Part shown: one piece after another, positions 39,982-54,455 of the stretch
Layout of the letters: each line of letters opens with the position of its first letter
How positions within the stretch are numbered: position 1 is the first letter of the stretch
Assembly (NCBI RefSeq): GCF_018350175.1
Contig: NC_058368.1
Coordinates: forward strand, 93,312,001-93,376,000
DNA from: Felis catus
Taxonomy: Eukaryota
Length of the DNA: 64,000 bases
Reading direction: 5' to 3'
Notes under the pieces: generated by a model
Databases searched by the model: none
Told to the model about the DNA's origin: nothing
Seen by the model: the letters and a program-made list of their open reading frames with translations, nothing else
Made by a program: the position numbers and the translations under genes

Positions 39982-40929
39982 TCTTGCAGTCTCTCTATAC
40001 AAAGTCTTGCAACTCATTTGTAGGAAGCAAAACAAAAATGGGCAAAAGATTCGAACAGACATTTCCCAGTATACACATGAAAAGGATACTCAAGGGGCAC
40101 CTGGGTGGTTCAGTTGGTTGCACTTCCAATTTAGGCTCAGATCATGATCTCATGGTTTGTAAGTTTGAACCCTGAGTCAGGCTCTGGGCTGACAGCTGAG
40201 AGCCTGCAGCCTACTTTGGATTCTGTAGCTCCCTCTTTCTCTGCCCCTCCCCAGCTCTGAGTGACACTCTGTCTCACTCTCAAAAATAAACAAACATTAA
40301 AAAACTTAAAAACAAAACAAAACAAAAAGAATGCTCAACAACAATTGTCGTCAATGAAGGAAAGACCACAAAGTGATAACACTACATAATCAGAGACTGG
40401 CTAAAATTATAAAGAATATTGGCAAGACTATGGAGAAAATAGAACTCAGACTGTTAATGAGAATGCAAAATTGTACAACCACTTTGGAAACCTGACAGTT
40501 TCTTCAACAGTTAAATCTACACCTACAATACAACCCAGTCATTCATGCCTTGGTATCTACCCAAGAGAAAGGAAAGTGGATGTTATAGAAAGATTTGTAT
40601 GTGAGAGTCACCTAGGTGGCCCAGTAGGTTAAGCATCGGACTCTTAATTTCAGCTCAGGTGATGATCTCAAGGTTGATGAGTCTGAGCCCTGTGTGGGCT
40701 CCACAGAGAGCCTGCTTGGGATTCTCTCTCCCTCTCTCTCCAAAGTGCGCACATGCACACGTGCTCTCTCTCTCTCCAAGTAAACTTTTAAGGGGAGAGG
40801 GACAGAGAGGGGGAGAGAGAGAGAATCTCAGGCAGGCTCCACACTCAGTGCAGAGCATGACACAAGCCCTATCCCACCACCCTGGCACCATGACCTGAGC
40901 CACAGATGCTCCCAGACTTTTTTTTTTTC

Positions 40930-41107
40930 CTGAAATACAATGCCTTCTCAGTCTGTTCTTGGATGTACCACTTCTGGTGGCTGATTTTTCCCCCCAGTTT
41001 CCTCTCTCCATCACAATATGATAGAGCAAGAACAAAGATAAAGAGCAACTCGTTTTCACAATCAGAGGCCTCACATGTCCTTGTGAAATGGCAAGTGCAT
41101 GCACCAT
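40930..41107 (-). pseudogene. Possible pseudo-exon of the same gene
   Basis: gcttttttaag|AT; open frame TRTCEASDCENELL weakly like VRTALEQELGL; 3' end abuts a SINE. Confidence 0.4.
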
Positions 41108-41634
41108 CTTAAAAAAGCAGATAATTCTCAGCTTAAGTCAAAATTTCTGCACGGCAATGAGGATGCAGGCTTGGCAGATTTTCTAGTTTTTCAAAGGAAG
41201 TAAAAGATCTGTACATGGTATGAAATTCCCTGGCTTTTAAATGATCGCGATTAGTTTATTTAAAACTTTTTTTAATGTTTACTTATTTTTGAGAGAGAGA
41301 CAGCCAGACAGAGTGTGAGCAGGAGAGGGAGAGAGAGAGGGAGACACAGAATCTGAAGCAGGCTCCAGGCTCCGAGCCAGCACAGAGTCTGACACAAGGC
41401 TAGAACCCACGAGCCACAGATCATGACCTGAGCCAAAGTGGGACACTTAACCAACTGAGCCACTCAGGCACCCCCATGATTAGTTTAATCCTTAAGATAA
41501 CATTGCATGGGCAAAAAAAGAGACTTTGCATGTTGCTGGTCATTTGTAGCATACGATTTAAAGATCTCCCCCTTCATCATTCAGAGAACAAGTAAACAAA
41601 ATATAGAGAGAGGATATGAATAATATTAAGTTTG

Positions 41635-41687
<53 letters not shown>

Positions 41688-42551
41688 ATATGTATATATG
41701 TAAGTGTAAGTAGTATCTGTATTCTGCCAGAAAATAAACAGTTTAAGCATCCATGAAATGCATGTTGAAGTTGGTTATCACTAGGCCAAAACAAAACTTC
41801 AGATTCCAAAAGGCAGAATTATTCAAGTTGCGACCACTGACCAAAATGCAATTATAGAAACTGACACATAACATTATTCTATTAACCTTTCTTAAATAAC
41901 TACTAAGAACAATTTCTTTAAAAACAAAATGCTGGCAGGGGCGCCTGGATGGCTCATCAGTTAAGCATCCAACTTCAGCTCAGGTCACAAACTCACTGTT
42001 GGTGACTTCAAGCCCTGAGTCAGGATCTGTGCTGACAGCTCAGAGCCTGGAGCCTGCCTCGGATTCTGTCTCCCTCTCTCTCTCTGCCCCTTCCCCTGGT
42101 CACGCTCTGTATCTCTCAAAAATAAGTAAACATTAAAAAAAATTTTATTAAAAAACAAAAGGCTGGCAAGTTAAAAACACTTACTTAGGTCAAGCTTGTA
42201 ACAAAGAGCCATTCCTGGGGCACCAGGGTGGCTCAGTCAGTTAAGCATCAGGGTCTTGATTTCAGCTCAGGTCACGATCTCAGGGTTATGGGATCAAGCC
42301 CTGTGCTAGGCTCTATAATGAGCATGGAGCCTGCTTGGGATTCTCTCTCCCCATCTCTCCCCTCCCCCCATCTCTGCTGGCACTCTCTCTATAAAATAAA
42401 AATAAAAAATAAAGCAAATAATAACTGCTATTCCTTTATGCCTTAAATGAAAAAAATATATCACACATTTTGATTCCCTAAATCTCCCGAATGTGTTCTA
42501 CGGGTTGGAGAAGGGTACATTGAAATGCCAAAATCCCTACTTCTGTGTTAC

Positions 42552-42633
42552 CTTCACCATGAATCTACACAGTGAAGCATTTTACGCTGTTGATTTTTAT
42601 CCAAAGGAATCATGACGGTTTCAGGGTTGGTAT
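42552..42633 (-). pseudogene. Pseudo-exon of the same gene
   Basis: ttgtccttgctcag|AT ... AAG|gtaaca; 71-nt intron upstream; no clear motif match. Confidence 0.5.
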
Positions 42634-42704
42634 CTGAGCAAGGACAAGGCAGAAAATACATCAGAAATGACCAGTGCTATGTTACAGAAGCTAAATTAAC
42701 TCAC

Positions 42705-42830
42705 CTGTAAGCTTACTATAGCGTCACTCTTAAAATTTTGCTCTCATCATGTAATGTTTACGTGAACATGATATATATGTTATTCCAAAGAGATGTCTCA
42801 AAGTATACGTGGCACAAAATCCTCTTTATT
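42705..42830 (-). pseudogene. GREB1-like pseudo-exon
   Basis: tttattag|A ... CAG|gtgagt; IYIMFT*TLHDES vs ILIFSGMDPHGES (gapless). Confidence 0.7.
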
Positions 42831-44976
42831 CTAATAAATTTGATATAAGAATACTGATTTTAATGAACACTAAGCAAAATAAAACCTACAAACATAAACT
42901 CCAGCTTCTGTGCTTCTCACCCCATCTAGAAAAAAGATTGAAGAGATTTTTGAGAAGCTTGAAGTTTATGTTCGGCATTATTCTAAAATAGAGACGAGGC
43001 GCCTGGGTGGCTCAGTGGGTGAAACGCCCAACTCTTGATCTCAGCTCAGGTCATGATCTCACAGTTCAGTTAGCTCAAGCCCTGCATCAAGCTCTGTGCT
43101 GACAGTGCAGAGCCTGCTTGGGGTTCTCTCTATCCCTGTCTCTGGTCCTCCCTGCTCTCTCTCTCCCTCTCTCTGTGTGTCTCTCAAAATAAATAAATGA
43201 ACTTTTTAAAATAATAAAATACAGATTTGGGGACATGTGAACTTTCACTTTAGGGGTCCTAGCAGATGCCCCAATTAGTGAGGTACCCATCTTCCAAGAC
43301 TGGAGGAAACATACCACCCAATTACAAGAGGCTTTTCCTACTTCTGTCTTTCTTATTGGCTACTCCTACTTTTCTTTCTGTAAATAGTGTTGCCCAAAAG
43401 TTAGCTCTCAAACGCCCACTATCCACACTCCAACCTTTTCATGTTCTAGATCCATCCACTTCATGTTATGGATTAGCCATCCACACCATTTTAACTATGA
43501 CTCCCATTCAAATGACACCCAAGTCTGTATCAGCAGGCCTGACCTTTCTGCCAAGCTCCAGACCAGTATCTCCAAGTGAGTGTTGAACATTTCCACAGCC
43601 CCTCAACATCGCAACATTGCAAAATTAACCTCACCTCCATCCTCTTACACTTCTCCCTTCTCTCTCTCCAAGAAAAGAGCTCCATTTGCAATTACCAGTT
43701 TCTGTCAATGGCATTGCTGTTGTTTATAAGCAGTTACAGGAGAAACCTTGAGATAGTTTATGATTCAACCCTAAATCTGATAAGCTACCAAAGTATGTAC
43801 ACTGTTCCCCCAGAAATAGCTCTTGAATGTGGCTTTCCCATTCTTATGCCCCCCCCCCACATCTATGATCAAGAGTACTAAACTTATCATCCTGTTTGAT
43901 TCTAAGCTTCCTGCGTTTCATCCTACGTACTAGGTAACTCTAAAATTCTGCTTTGATCAGATTATATCCTGTTGAAAAATGTATAATGTCAAAAACATTC
44001 AACTCCAAAAGAACTGGCTGCCTTACTGTCCCTAAATGTCACTTTTTTATAACTTTCTACCCATTGGTATATGGCATGTATTTTGCCAAGAATGCCTTCC
44101 CACCCATCCCTTTCAATGATCCAAGTTTTAGCTTTCTGCCAAGACTTGCTCAGATACCACACCTCCTCCATGATTTCTTCTCCACTTAACCAAATTCATG
44201 TGTTTGAATTCATATAGGACTCATACTGTCTATATTGCTCAAGGACATGTTTAGCCTAATGTCTCGAGTGGCTTTTCTTTCTTAAAGGAGGATGAGAAGG
44301 TCCTTATAAACTGAGACACATTTTTATATTCCAGTATTTTTCACAAAGCAGCTTCTCAGCAAACTGCTGAATTGATAAAACAACAGAAAATCAAAGCCTT
44401 ATCTAAGCTGAATGCATTATGCTTTCCTCCAGGCATTGGAACAGCTCTCAACAGTGTGAACTCTCTAGAACCAATACTTTCAGATGTAGTCTGGGATTTA
44501 ATCCTGGATCTGTGGGTCTTGAGTGGAGGTTCTCAATTATTTTCATTTTCCCATTCATTTGAAGAATCTTGTGAAATTTAAGTACAAGTCATACCTATAT
44601 GAAAAAAAAAATCTATAAAATTCACACAACTTCAAGAAAGACTAAACCCAACTCACAGGGCCCAGGTAAGGAAGAGGACTGTTTCTATTATGCAAAACGT
44701 CCAGAAATTGGCCATCAGTGGCTAATATAAGGACCCAGTGACTTCACCAGGGACTCAAGCTCCTTCCAGATCTCTGTTCCTTTATCTTCGCCTGAGATTT
44801 TCCTCCTTGTGGATACAATGTGGCTGTCACCTCACCCCAGGAAGATCCCAGAAGGGCAAAATGCCTGCAGGTAATGTCAGCCAAGCCTGCTCCTTTTTGG
44901 AAATTTTCCTAGAAGGCCTACCTAGACCTCCACTTTATCTTAAGGAACAGAATTGGTAAAAAGACAGGTATTTTAC

Positions 44977-45089
44977 CTCAGACTTCACTTAAAAAATATA
45001 CTTTTGGAAGAAAGACAGGTAGATTGCTAAAAATATGTGTCCCAGGTACTGATAAAGAAAATAAGCATTAGTAACTTCATTCTCCATAT
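44977..45089 (-). pseudogene. GREB1-like pseudo-exon, 3' half (split by old L1)
   Basis: IFFK*SLR vs KHFVKQLR; donor AG|gtaaaa in phase with the next exon. Confidence 0.55.
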
Positions 45090-48000
45090 TTGTATTTTGA
45101 CATGATTTCAGACTTAGAAAAAATTCATAAGACCACTAAAAAGAGTTCCCAGATACTTTGCTACTAGTTTCTCATATTATTGGAAATACCACTAGTGTTT
45201 CCCCATTCAGATAGATGCTACCCTCAGGAATAGGGTAGATTTCACCACGTTAAAGAAAAAGTGTCCATCAATTCCTATTTGCTTGAGTGCATTTTGTCAG
45301 GAATAGGTGTTGAATTTTTAAATATACTTTTTCAGTATCTGTAGAGTCAATCCTTTGATTTTTTTTCCCTAAGCCATATTATTTAGGTATTAACAGATTT
45401 TCAAATTTTGAGCCTCACGTTCCTAAAATAAAATGTATCATTTTCTTCTAAGAGCACTGGATTCTTCTGTTCACTATATTTTACCACGAACTTTTACATC
45501 AATATTCATTGGTGATTGGGCACCTGGGTGGCTCAGTTGGTTACACATCTGCCTTAGGCTCAGGTCATGATCTCACAGTTCATCAGTTCGAGCCCCGCAT
45601 CGGGCTCTCTGCTGTTAGCACAGAGCCCACTTCAGATCCTCTGTTCCCCTCTCTCTGCCCCCCTCTCCTGCTCACAATCTCTGTCTCAAAAATAAGTAAA
45701 TAAAAACTTTTTAAAAATATCTTCATTGGTGATAATGGTTTCTAAGTATCTTTTTAACTGTCATTATCAAGTTTACATATCAACGTTATATCTGCCTCAT
45801 AAAACACATTATCAAGTTTTCCTTTATTTTCAATGCTCTGGAATAATTCATAGAGCGTTGGGACCATCTGCTCTTTGAAGTTTGCTAGGATTTCCCTGTA
45901 ATTCCCACCTAGACATAGTACTTTTTAATGTATTAATTCTACGAGAACTTTCTCAGATTATTCTAGCACAATTTGTCGAAGTTTAATTTATTTAATTGGG
46001 TCAATCTCATAAACTGTATCTCCCTAGGAAATTCACTACTTCGTGCACATTTTCATATTTATTTGCTGAGAGGTCTGCAAAATAGTCTGAAGATATTTTA
46101 ACATTTTGAACATTCCTTTCTCTCCATTTCTTATTTTGTCTATTTCTGAGTTCTCTCTTTCTTGGTTATCCCATAGGTTTATTTTGTTAATGTTTTGAAA
46201 TTACCTGGTGTTTATTGATTAGTTAGATCTACCATTTCCCTATCATCCTTCTCATGAATTTCTGTTTTTATCATTATTTTTATCATTATTTCTTCCCTTG
46301 TACTTTCTTCTGTTTTATATAATTTTATAATAATACAGTTTTTTTAGAAATTGTCATTTCATATTGTATGCCTACTTATAATACAACGTTAAAGTATACA
46401 GGTCCCAGAGCCTTTTGGATTTTTTAAAAAAAAATTTTTAAAGATGTTTATTTAGGGGCACTTGGGTGGCTCTGTTGTTAAGCATCTGACTTCAGCTCAG
46501 GTCATGGTCTCGTAGTTCATGAGCTCAAGCCCTGCACTGAGCTGACAGCTCAGAGCCTAGAGCCTGCTTCGGATTCTATGTCTCCCTCTCTCTCTCTCTG
46601 CCTCTCCTCTGCTCACGCTCTCTCTCTTTCAAAAATAAACTTATTTATTTATTTACTTATTTATTTATGAGAAAGAGAGAGAGAAGAGAGGGGGGGAGAG
46701 GGAGGGTGGGAGCGCAGGCTGGCAGAGAGAAAGGAGAGAGAGAATACTAAGTAGACTCTGTAGGGACACCTGGAGATCATGACCTGAGCCAAAATCAAGA
46801 ATTTTGGACATTTGACTGAGGCATCCAGGTGCCTCATTTTTAAGATTTAATAATTTCTACTTTTATTTCAATGTAAGCCAATAGTATTATTTGTATTATT
46901 TACTATGTCTATTGACATCTTCTTTGTTACCACATTTTTTTACTGTTATTTCCACCTTGAGATAAACATCATCAATATCAGGGTGTAAAGTTCAATATGC
47001 CATAAAATACCTTTTGGTCATGACATTTTGATTTTCCATATCTTTACTTTTTTTTGTCAACTTGATTTTTTGTGTCCTTGGGTATCATTTTATTACCATT
47101 TTTTTAAGTTTATTTAGTTTGAGAGAGAGAGAATGCAAGAGGGGTAGGGGAAAAGTGAGAGGGGAGAGAGAACCCCAAACAGACTCCACACTGTCAGCAA
47201 AGAGCCCAAAGTGGGGCTTGAACTCACAAAACTTGAGATCATGACCTGAGCTGAGATCAAGTCCAACACTTAACTGACTGAGCCACCCAGGTGCCCCTAC
47301 CATGCTTTTTTTTTTTTAATGTCTCCTTGCATTTCGTGAACATTTCATAAGCCTCATAGAGATGACTGCTATTATTTTAGGTGTATAGATATTCATAATT
47401 GTTACAAATTGTGAATCTGTATTTTAACAATAAAAAATTCTTTATATTGGGGACCCAGGGGTGACTCAGTGTGTTAAGCGTCTGACTCTTGATCTCAGCT
47501 CAGGTCTTGCTCTCAGGATGGTGAGTTCAAGCCCAGCATTGGGCCCTGCACTGGGCATGAAGACTACTTAAAAAAAAATCCAATCCTTTATGTTCTTTGA
47601 ATTATACTTTGTGTGATATTCATTTATTAATCCTGCCTTCTTATTGTTTCCATTTGCCTGGTATACTTTTGTCTACCTCTTTCTTGTTTACCTATTTGAA
47701 TTATTTTGTCTTAGGTGTATGCCTTGTACACAGAATATAGGTGGGCTTTCCTTTAGGAGCCCAACTGAACATCTTTTTCTTTTAATAGATCTATTATACT
47801 CATTAACATTTATTGGTGAGACTACAACATTTGATCTCAATTAGGCTACTTAAAATTTCTCTTTATGAAGTTTCACTTTATTTTCAATTTTTGTTTTGGC
47901 ATATATGAAGGTTTTTGTTCTGATGGTTATTTTCATACTTGTACTGTTTTAAATGTCTTTATTGCCATGTTTTCTGAAGTCATTATATCATTTATTCATC

Positions 48001-48984
48001 TTAATGGTATTCTTAACCCCCATCTAATGCCTATACAATAATTAGAGAACTTATTCTGTGTTTTTCTAGTCATATTATTTCTACATTATCAAAATGTAGA
48101 ATGCACAAGATTAACATGTATCCTAACATGTTATTATGAATAATTATTATTCTATTAAAAAACCTATTTCTCCACTTCTTCAACAATCTGTTCTCTTTAT
48201 GAGTTGAGTTTTTTTTTTTGTTTTGTTTTCAGATTCCACATAGAATATGGATGTATATATTGCTTCAAAGTTTTGATAGGGATTGCAGTGAATCTATATA
48301 CTGTTTTGCATAGTACATTTTAATAATAATTTTTCCAATTCAAGAGCATGGAATACCTTTACACTTAAGTTACATCTTCAATTTCTTTCATTAATGTCTC
48401 ATTGTCAACATACAAGTATTTCACCTCTTTGGTTAAATATATTCCTTGGTATTTTATTATTTTTGATGGGATTGTTTTCTTAAATTTCTCTTTCTAATAA
48501 TTCATTGTAAGTATAAACAAATACAAAAGATTTTTGTATATTGATTTTGTATCCTGCAACTTTATGAATTCATTTATTAGTCCTAACAATATTATTGATG
48601 GAACCTTTAAAGTTTTCTATATACAATAGAAATACAATTGTGTCATTTCCTCTTTGTTCCAGTCTTCCATCTATAATTACTAAATGTTGTCCATTACTCC
48701 TTCTGCTAAAATTTCCTTGGCCATCTCTTGGTTGAATGGAATTCATCTGCCAGTAGATTCTTCAGAAAGGGCTTATGGATACAGAATTCTCTGAGCTCTT
48801 TATGTGTTTGAAATTGTTTTCCTAGGGTCACCTGGGTGGCTCAGTCAGTTAAGCATCCAACTTCAGCTCAGGTCATGATCTTGTGATTCGTGAGTTGGGA
48901 GTCCCACCTTGGGCTCTGTGCTGGCAGTGTAGAGCCTGCTTGGTATTCTTTCTCTCTCTCTCTGCCTCTCTCTGTCCCTCGCCC

Positions 48985-49033
<49 letters not shown>

Positions 49034-50770
49034 ATGCAATCTGGATAAAGGGCAGCTTGGCTGGAGGAAATTTTTGGTTTACACTTTCTTTGGAGTATCT
49101 TGAAAAGGGTCCTCCACGTTGCCTTGCTTTCTTTTGTTTTTGAGATGTCTTGTGACAGTCTACCTATCTTTCCTTAAGTTATTTTATGACTTCCCCTGAT
49201 GGGCCTAAAGATTATCTTTGTTTAGTACCTTTATGAGACAATGACATTGAGTTGATGATTAAGGGCAAATTTGAAATGGTGCCAGTGAGCACCATTTAAT
49301 AGGTATATCCATGTCTTTTTGCATCCAGAAAGTTTTTTTTATAATTAACAAATATTAATTCTGTTCTGCTTTTGCTTTTGGGGACTTCAATTATATAAAT
49401 GTTATTCCTTCTTTGGCTATCTTCCAAATCAATCATTTTATCTTTGGTTCTTTTGATTGCTTCTTTTAGCTCATTTTAATTCTACTAGTTGTTTATTACT
49501 CTATTCTAATGTCCTTTATTACGTTTTTCATAGCGAAGCTGTTGGCCAGCTTATTAGTTCATTTACGTTTCTGGTACAATTTAACTTTTTCTTCTATTTC
49601 TTCCCTGAGTTTCATCAGATTATTTCATTTGGTCGAGTTTTTTGTCCATTTTGTTCATAGTTCCTCAACTTTTGATTCGAGGTATTCTCCAATAAGTCCA
49701 AATGCTTGGGTGAAGCTATTGAATTCAGTATGGCATATTGCATTTTAGTTTTATTGCTTTGGTGAGGACAAATTTTTGCCGGCTAAATATTCGGAGTATT
49801 CTAATTTTCTGTTTCATTTTATAGTAGCCTTGCTAAAAATAAAGATGGAAACTATGCTTCTGCACTTCTGTGGACAGAGCCAACAGTTTCAGTAATTCAT
49901 GAGATTTCTAGTTCAAGAACATTCTCTTCTATCAATATAGTAAGAAGTAATTTCTTTACCAGGTGTCTTGGGGTTTTTTTCAGGGAAAGTGAGAGACAGG
50001 GGAGAAGGTTATGTCCTTTGATATTTTGATACTTTTCTGTCTAAAATTACCCAATTTTCTGGGGCACCTGGGTGGCTCACTCGGTTAAGCATCTGACTTT
50101 GGCTTAGGTCATGATCTCACAGTTCATGAGTTTGAGCCCTGCGTCGGACTCTGTGCTGACAGATCAGAGCCTGGACCTGCTTTGGATTCTGTGTCTCCCT
50201 CTGTCTCTGCCCCTCCCTTGCTCATGCTCTGTCTGTCTGTCTGCCTGTCTCTCTCTCTCTCTCTCTCTCAAACATAAATAAACATTAAAAATAAATTTAA
50301 ACTTACCCACTTTTCTTTTTCCTTGCACTAGACAGTATTCAAGTGTGGCTCTCCAGTGCCTTAAGCCTCTTCTATGTCAGGGTATAAGGCCTAAAAACTC
50401 TACTCATGTTCCTTGTCCTTTGAAGTCCCTTCCCCTGTAGTCAGTGTTCTGGCCTACCACTAGACTTCTCTGTATGTTCTCATAGTCTTTTGCTTTCTGT
50501 TGATGGTTTCTGTTAGACTGATTATTTTCCTCACAGCCACCTCCTTGTTTGAGGTCCTCCATGTAATTTTTGGCTGATATGTCCACACAGTCCCCAAAGG
50601 CTTGCTGTGAAGAACATGGAAGACAGCATGCTGGGATTCAGCATTTATTTTTCAATTTCCTACTAATTCAAAGTTTGTGCAGTTATGCTGAAGGAATAGA
50701 GTTTGTGCAATTTTCTTCTTCTTGTTCTCTGTCTCTTTTTTTTCCTCAAAAGTTGGTAGAGTTATGTTGA
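45090..50770 (-). mobile_element. Ancient, heavily decayed L1M block with nested SINEs and a younger L1 piece
   Basis: T-rich antisense L1-like sequence; ttttgacatgatttcagacttagaaaaa..gagttccc resembles an L1MC/MD-type 3' end; about seven SINEs inside. Confidence 0.7.
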
Positions 50771-50884
50771 CATATCCACCCTTGCTTGAGCTATCTGTTC
50801 ACTTTTTGAGATACAGACACAAAACTGAAGAACTGATAGGATGATAAAAATCCCTATCCAAAATAGCTCACTAGAGAACCCAGC
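50771..50884 (-). pseudogene. GREB1-like pseudo-exon, 5' half (split by old L1)
   Basis: Strong acceptor ctttgtattcacag|G in phase 2; SSLLGSLVSYFG*GF / GIFIILSV vs QNLLNSPKQCPCGHGLMVLLRV; ends at repeat sequence without a donor. Confidence 0.6.
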
Positions 50885-51031
50885 CTGTGAATACAAAGTA
50901 AGCATAAAGAAGAGATCTTTCAGGGAGCCATGCCTCAATGGAATTGACCATGCTCATGTTTTAGTGACTTTCCCATGACTTCCAGGACACAGGAAGGAGA
51001 CAGAAGGAAGGGGTATAAAAGGATATGCTCG

Positions 51032-51172
51032 TGGGGTGCCTGGGTGGCTCTGTCAGTTAAACGTCTGACTTTTTATTTCAGTTCAGGTCGTGATCTCATA
51101 GTTCATGGGTTTGAGCCCCAAGTCAGGCTCTGTGCTGACAGTGTGGAGCCTGCTTGGGATATTCTCATATTC

Positions 51173-51215
<43 letters not shown>

Positions 51216-51250
51216 AATAAACTTTTTTTTTAAGATTTAAAAAATAAAAT
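51032..51250 (+). mobile_element. CAN-SINE
   Basis: Consensus. Confidence 0.9.
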
Positions 51251-51268
51251 AAAAAACAAATTACTTAC

Positions 51269-51917
51269 AGACTTGACAAACAGATACCCACTGCCACACT
51301 GAAGATGGATGGCTTATTTTACTTCCATGGAAAATTATGCCATTACATCACATTATGTTATAATAGAATCTCCTGAGCTACCTCGTCAGTGTGAAAAATT
51401 GAACATCTGCTCCTATCAGACACCGTTTAATGATGTGTGCCAAACTTAATGGAACTTCCACCTGACACTTCATCACTTATGCTTGGAGAACCGTCTACTA
51501 TCACCAACTTTCCTTAGTGTTCCAACACTGTTTTTATCAACTGAGCACAGCAAAAAATTCATTCATCCATTAAATGTTATCCTATGTTCTCCATTCTGTG
51601 ATGTATGCGAGAAACAAAATTGGAAACACTTGATTTCCATTTTTTGTGTGTCAAGATGACATGGGATCTTTTTCATACGATTGCTGCCACTTTAACCTTT
51701 GTACCTTCAAGGTTCAAATATTACCAAAGAAAGAAGGGGCCTCTTTTTCCCTCCTGAGTGTTTTTGGATGATTTAGTTGCTTCCCATGAAAGAACAGCAG
51801 ATATTTTGGAGTTGCCAAGTGAAAAACAACTTCATTGTCAAATTCTCTAAGAACTTCAAGAGCTTTCTGAAAATGACTTTTTAAAAAAAGCCCATTTTCA
51901 CTGTTTCTCGGGAATTT
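51269..51917 (-). pseudogene. GREB1-like pseudo-exon (large)
   Basis: ctcttttttgctag|AAA ... CT|gtaagt; NHPKTL vs QNPHTL; YLNLEGTKVKVAAIV vs LLNCREVKEAPNIV; several stops and frameshifts. Confidence 0.7.
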
Positions 51918-52039
51918 CTAGCAAAAAAAGAGTATTTTTACTTTTCCTTTTGTACATCTACTTATAATTACTGATGATTATAAGATTTCCCTCATTTTAT
52001 TTTTGATCCACAGAAACAGGATCATCTTTTGGAGGGATT

Positions 52040-52255
52040 TTTTTTTAAGAATTTTTTTAAATGTTTTATTTGTTATTGATAGAGACAGTATGAGCTGGGG
52101 AGGGGCAGAGAGAGAGGGAGACACAGAATCTGAAGCAGGCTCCAGGCTCTGAGCTGTCAGCACAGAGTGCAATATGGGCTCGAACTCGTGAACTGTGAGA
52201 TCGTGACCTGAGCTGAAGTCAGACACTTACCCGACTAAGTCACCCAGGCGCCCCT
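52040..52255 (-). mobile_element. CAN-SINE
   Basis: Reverse consensus; TSD gagggatttttttt. Confidence 0.95.
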
Positions 52256-52299
52256 TAGAGGGATTTTTTTTACCCTAATTTCCCATTTATGCTTCCCAT

Positions 52300-54230
52300 T
52301 TATGTTCTATTATTATATATTGCTTTTGACTCAGCATTAGTGCTGTTTTAAATTCATTTCTTCAAGATTCTCAAGTTTATTGTAAAATGTTATACTTCTA
52401 TTTCCTTTTTCATTGTTGAAAAAATTTTGGTTCTTTGTCATATTTCTAATCAAGTTGGTTCAGAAATTATATATATATATCAGTTAAAGGAGAAAAGTCT
52501 TATACTTTAATCAAGTCTGTATTTTTTACTAATTTATGCTTATATCTTTATAGTTCTTTTAAAAATACTATTCCTTTTTTTAGACGTTTTCTATTTGTCT
52601 AATTAAATCACTGAGAGTATACATTTTCATCAGAGTTTTCCCACTGTAGGTCATTGATAGCTTCTTTAGTTTTTTTTTTCCTTTCCATTTTTTCTGTGAA
52701 CAGAGCATGTACATGAGAAGACTGTATATACACAAATTTGTATATATAATCATTAGGTGAAATTTGTAGATGACATCCCTTTATATTGTAACTCATTTTG
52801 TCTACTCAGTCTGTCAATTTCTGAGTGAGGTTTTCTCTGTTTTTTTTTAAGAAGTCTTCCACTCTGATTATGAATTTGTCCATTAAGCCTCACTCACTTT
52901 TTAATGTTCTGCCATGCACATCATAAATCCATGCTACTACGTTTATAAAGATTTGCCATTTGTGTTTTCTGACTGACTTATTGGTTAGTATGCCCCTGGT
53001 AGTGCTTCCCTTGAATTCCATTTTCGCTTGTTATTTTCCTCTACACCCTCTCCATTTCAAGGCGTAAGTTGGGTATCTCTTTTCATGACTTAATTTCCAA
53101 CCTTCTGGTTTCATTTTGCTTTAGAAGTTTCCTAAAATACTCTGGAGCTTGATTTTTTAAATCCAATCTCAATTTCTGTTTTCAGAACAGAATTTAATCT
53201 GCTCACATTTAACAAGATAACTATGTTTGGACTTACGTTAGCTACCTTATTTTTCTATTTACTAGGTTTTCTTCTTTTTCCTCCTTTGTATTTAGCTAGA
53301 GTAATCAAATTTGGATTCCCTCCCCCCATTCTAATGGTTTGGAATTCAAATATATATTTGTATACCAACATTTATACTTATTTTCCTATCATGTTAATTC
53401 ATTAATATCACATTATCTCATTAAATTCATGCTTCCTTTCGTTTTCTTCTAATTTCTCAGTAAGGTAATGCAGACTTTTTTTTTCTATCAATGAACAATT
53501 ATTTAGATATAACCAGATCTGTAATTTCTATTCTTTGTTCTTTTTGGAAATGTCCATTTATGCCTGGTGCTTTGCAAGTCCTCCCTGCTGTGTCTAGGGA
53601 AGTTCTCTATCTTTTCCATTCTGCCAGACCTCATGTGCTCAAACTCAGAGTCTCCACCTGTAAGTTGTGAGAATTACTTTCTTCTCTTTCAAGGAATTGC
53701 CATCTGCCATTTTCCTTCTCACAAGCTCCTATTTGATAGATCCTGAAGTGCTGGGTATATCTTTTGGTTTCATGCTTCTTCCGTACTTTTTGCTACTGTG
53801 CCCTTTTTGTCCTGGCTCTGGGAAAATTCTCATTATTTTTGGTCTTTGCCTTGGTGCATACATTGTGTTCTCTTTGAGATCCAGATTAATAGAGCTTTAG
53901 ATTTTCAAAATTGATTATCTTATTTCTTAGTCCCAACGTCTCTAAGGATTTTGCTATAATATATAACTGATTGTTCTTTTGTAAACAGGATACCCTCTCA
54001 TCTATAGAAGACAACAAATACAGATTTTTTAAAATCCACTATAACCTCAGAGTCCTCAGGGTCCTCTGTTGAACTGGTGGTGTTTGTTTTTCAAACATTT
54101 GGAGATCCGGGCTGCTGGTGTTTCTTTGTGTTTGAATCTCCATTAGCCTGTTTGTGGATATTACCTGTATTTTTATCATAGGCTTTTTCCAGTTATGGGG
54201 AATAAGATGTGTGGTGTACAAGTGACCATT
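52300..54230 (-). mobile_element. Ancient L1 remnant
   Basis: T-rich antisense L1-like sequence. Confidence 0.55.
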
Positions 54231-54455
54231 CTTCTGGGTCAGAGAGCCTGTCACTCCTCCCACTGGCCAAGATTGGAGGTGGACACTAGTTCACCTGCTG
54301 ATCCTAAAACCTACCCTCTGAGATTCTCTCAAAACCATGTTCTGCACCTAATGCCCCAAACTAACTTTGAAGAACCTCCAAATCTGCCTCTATAGGCACC
54401 AGGCATCTTCTCTTAGATGTGCTTGAGTTTTATTTCCCCACCAATTCAATTTCAC

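Larger units (their letters stand above)
40094..43215. mobile_element. SINE cluster (~40094-40325 +, 40606-40790 +, 40790-40915 -, 41265-41475 -, 41938-42145 +, 42217-42410 +, 42997-43215 +)
   Basis: Consensus matches, interspersed with unique sequence and (TA)n at ~41640-41700. Confidence 0.9.
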
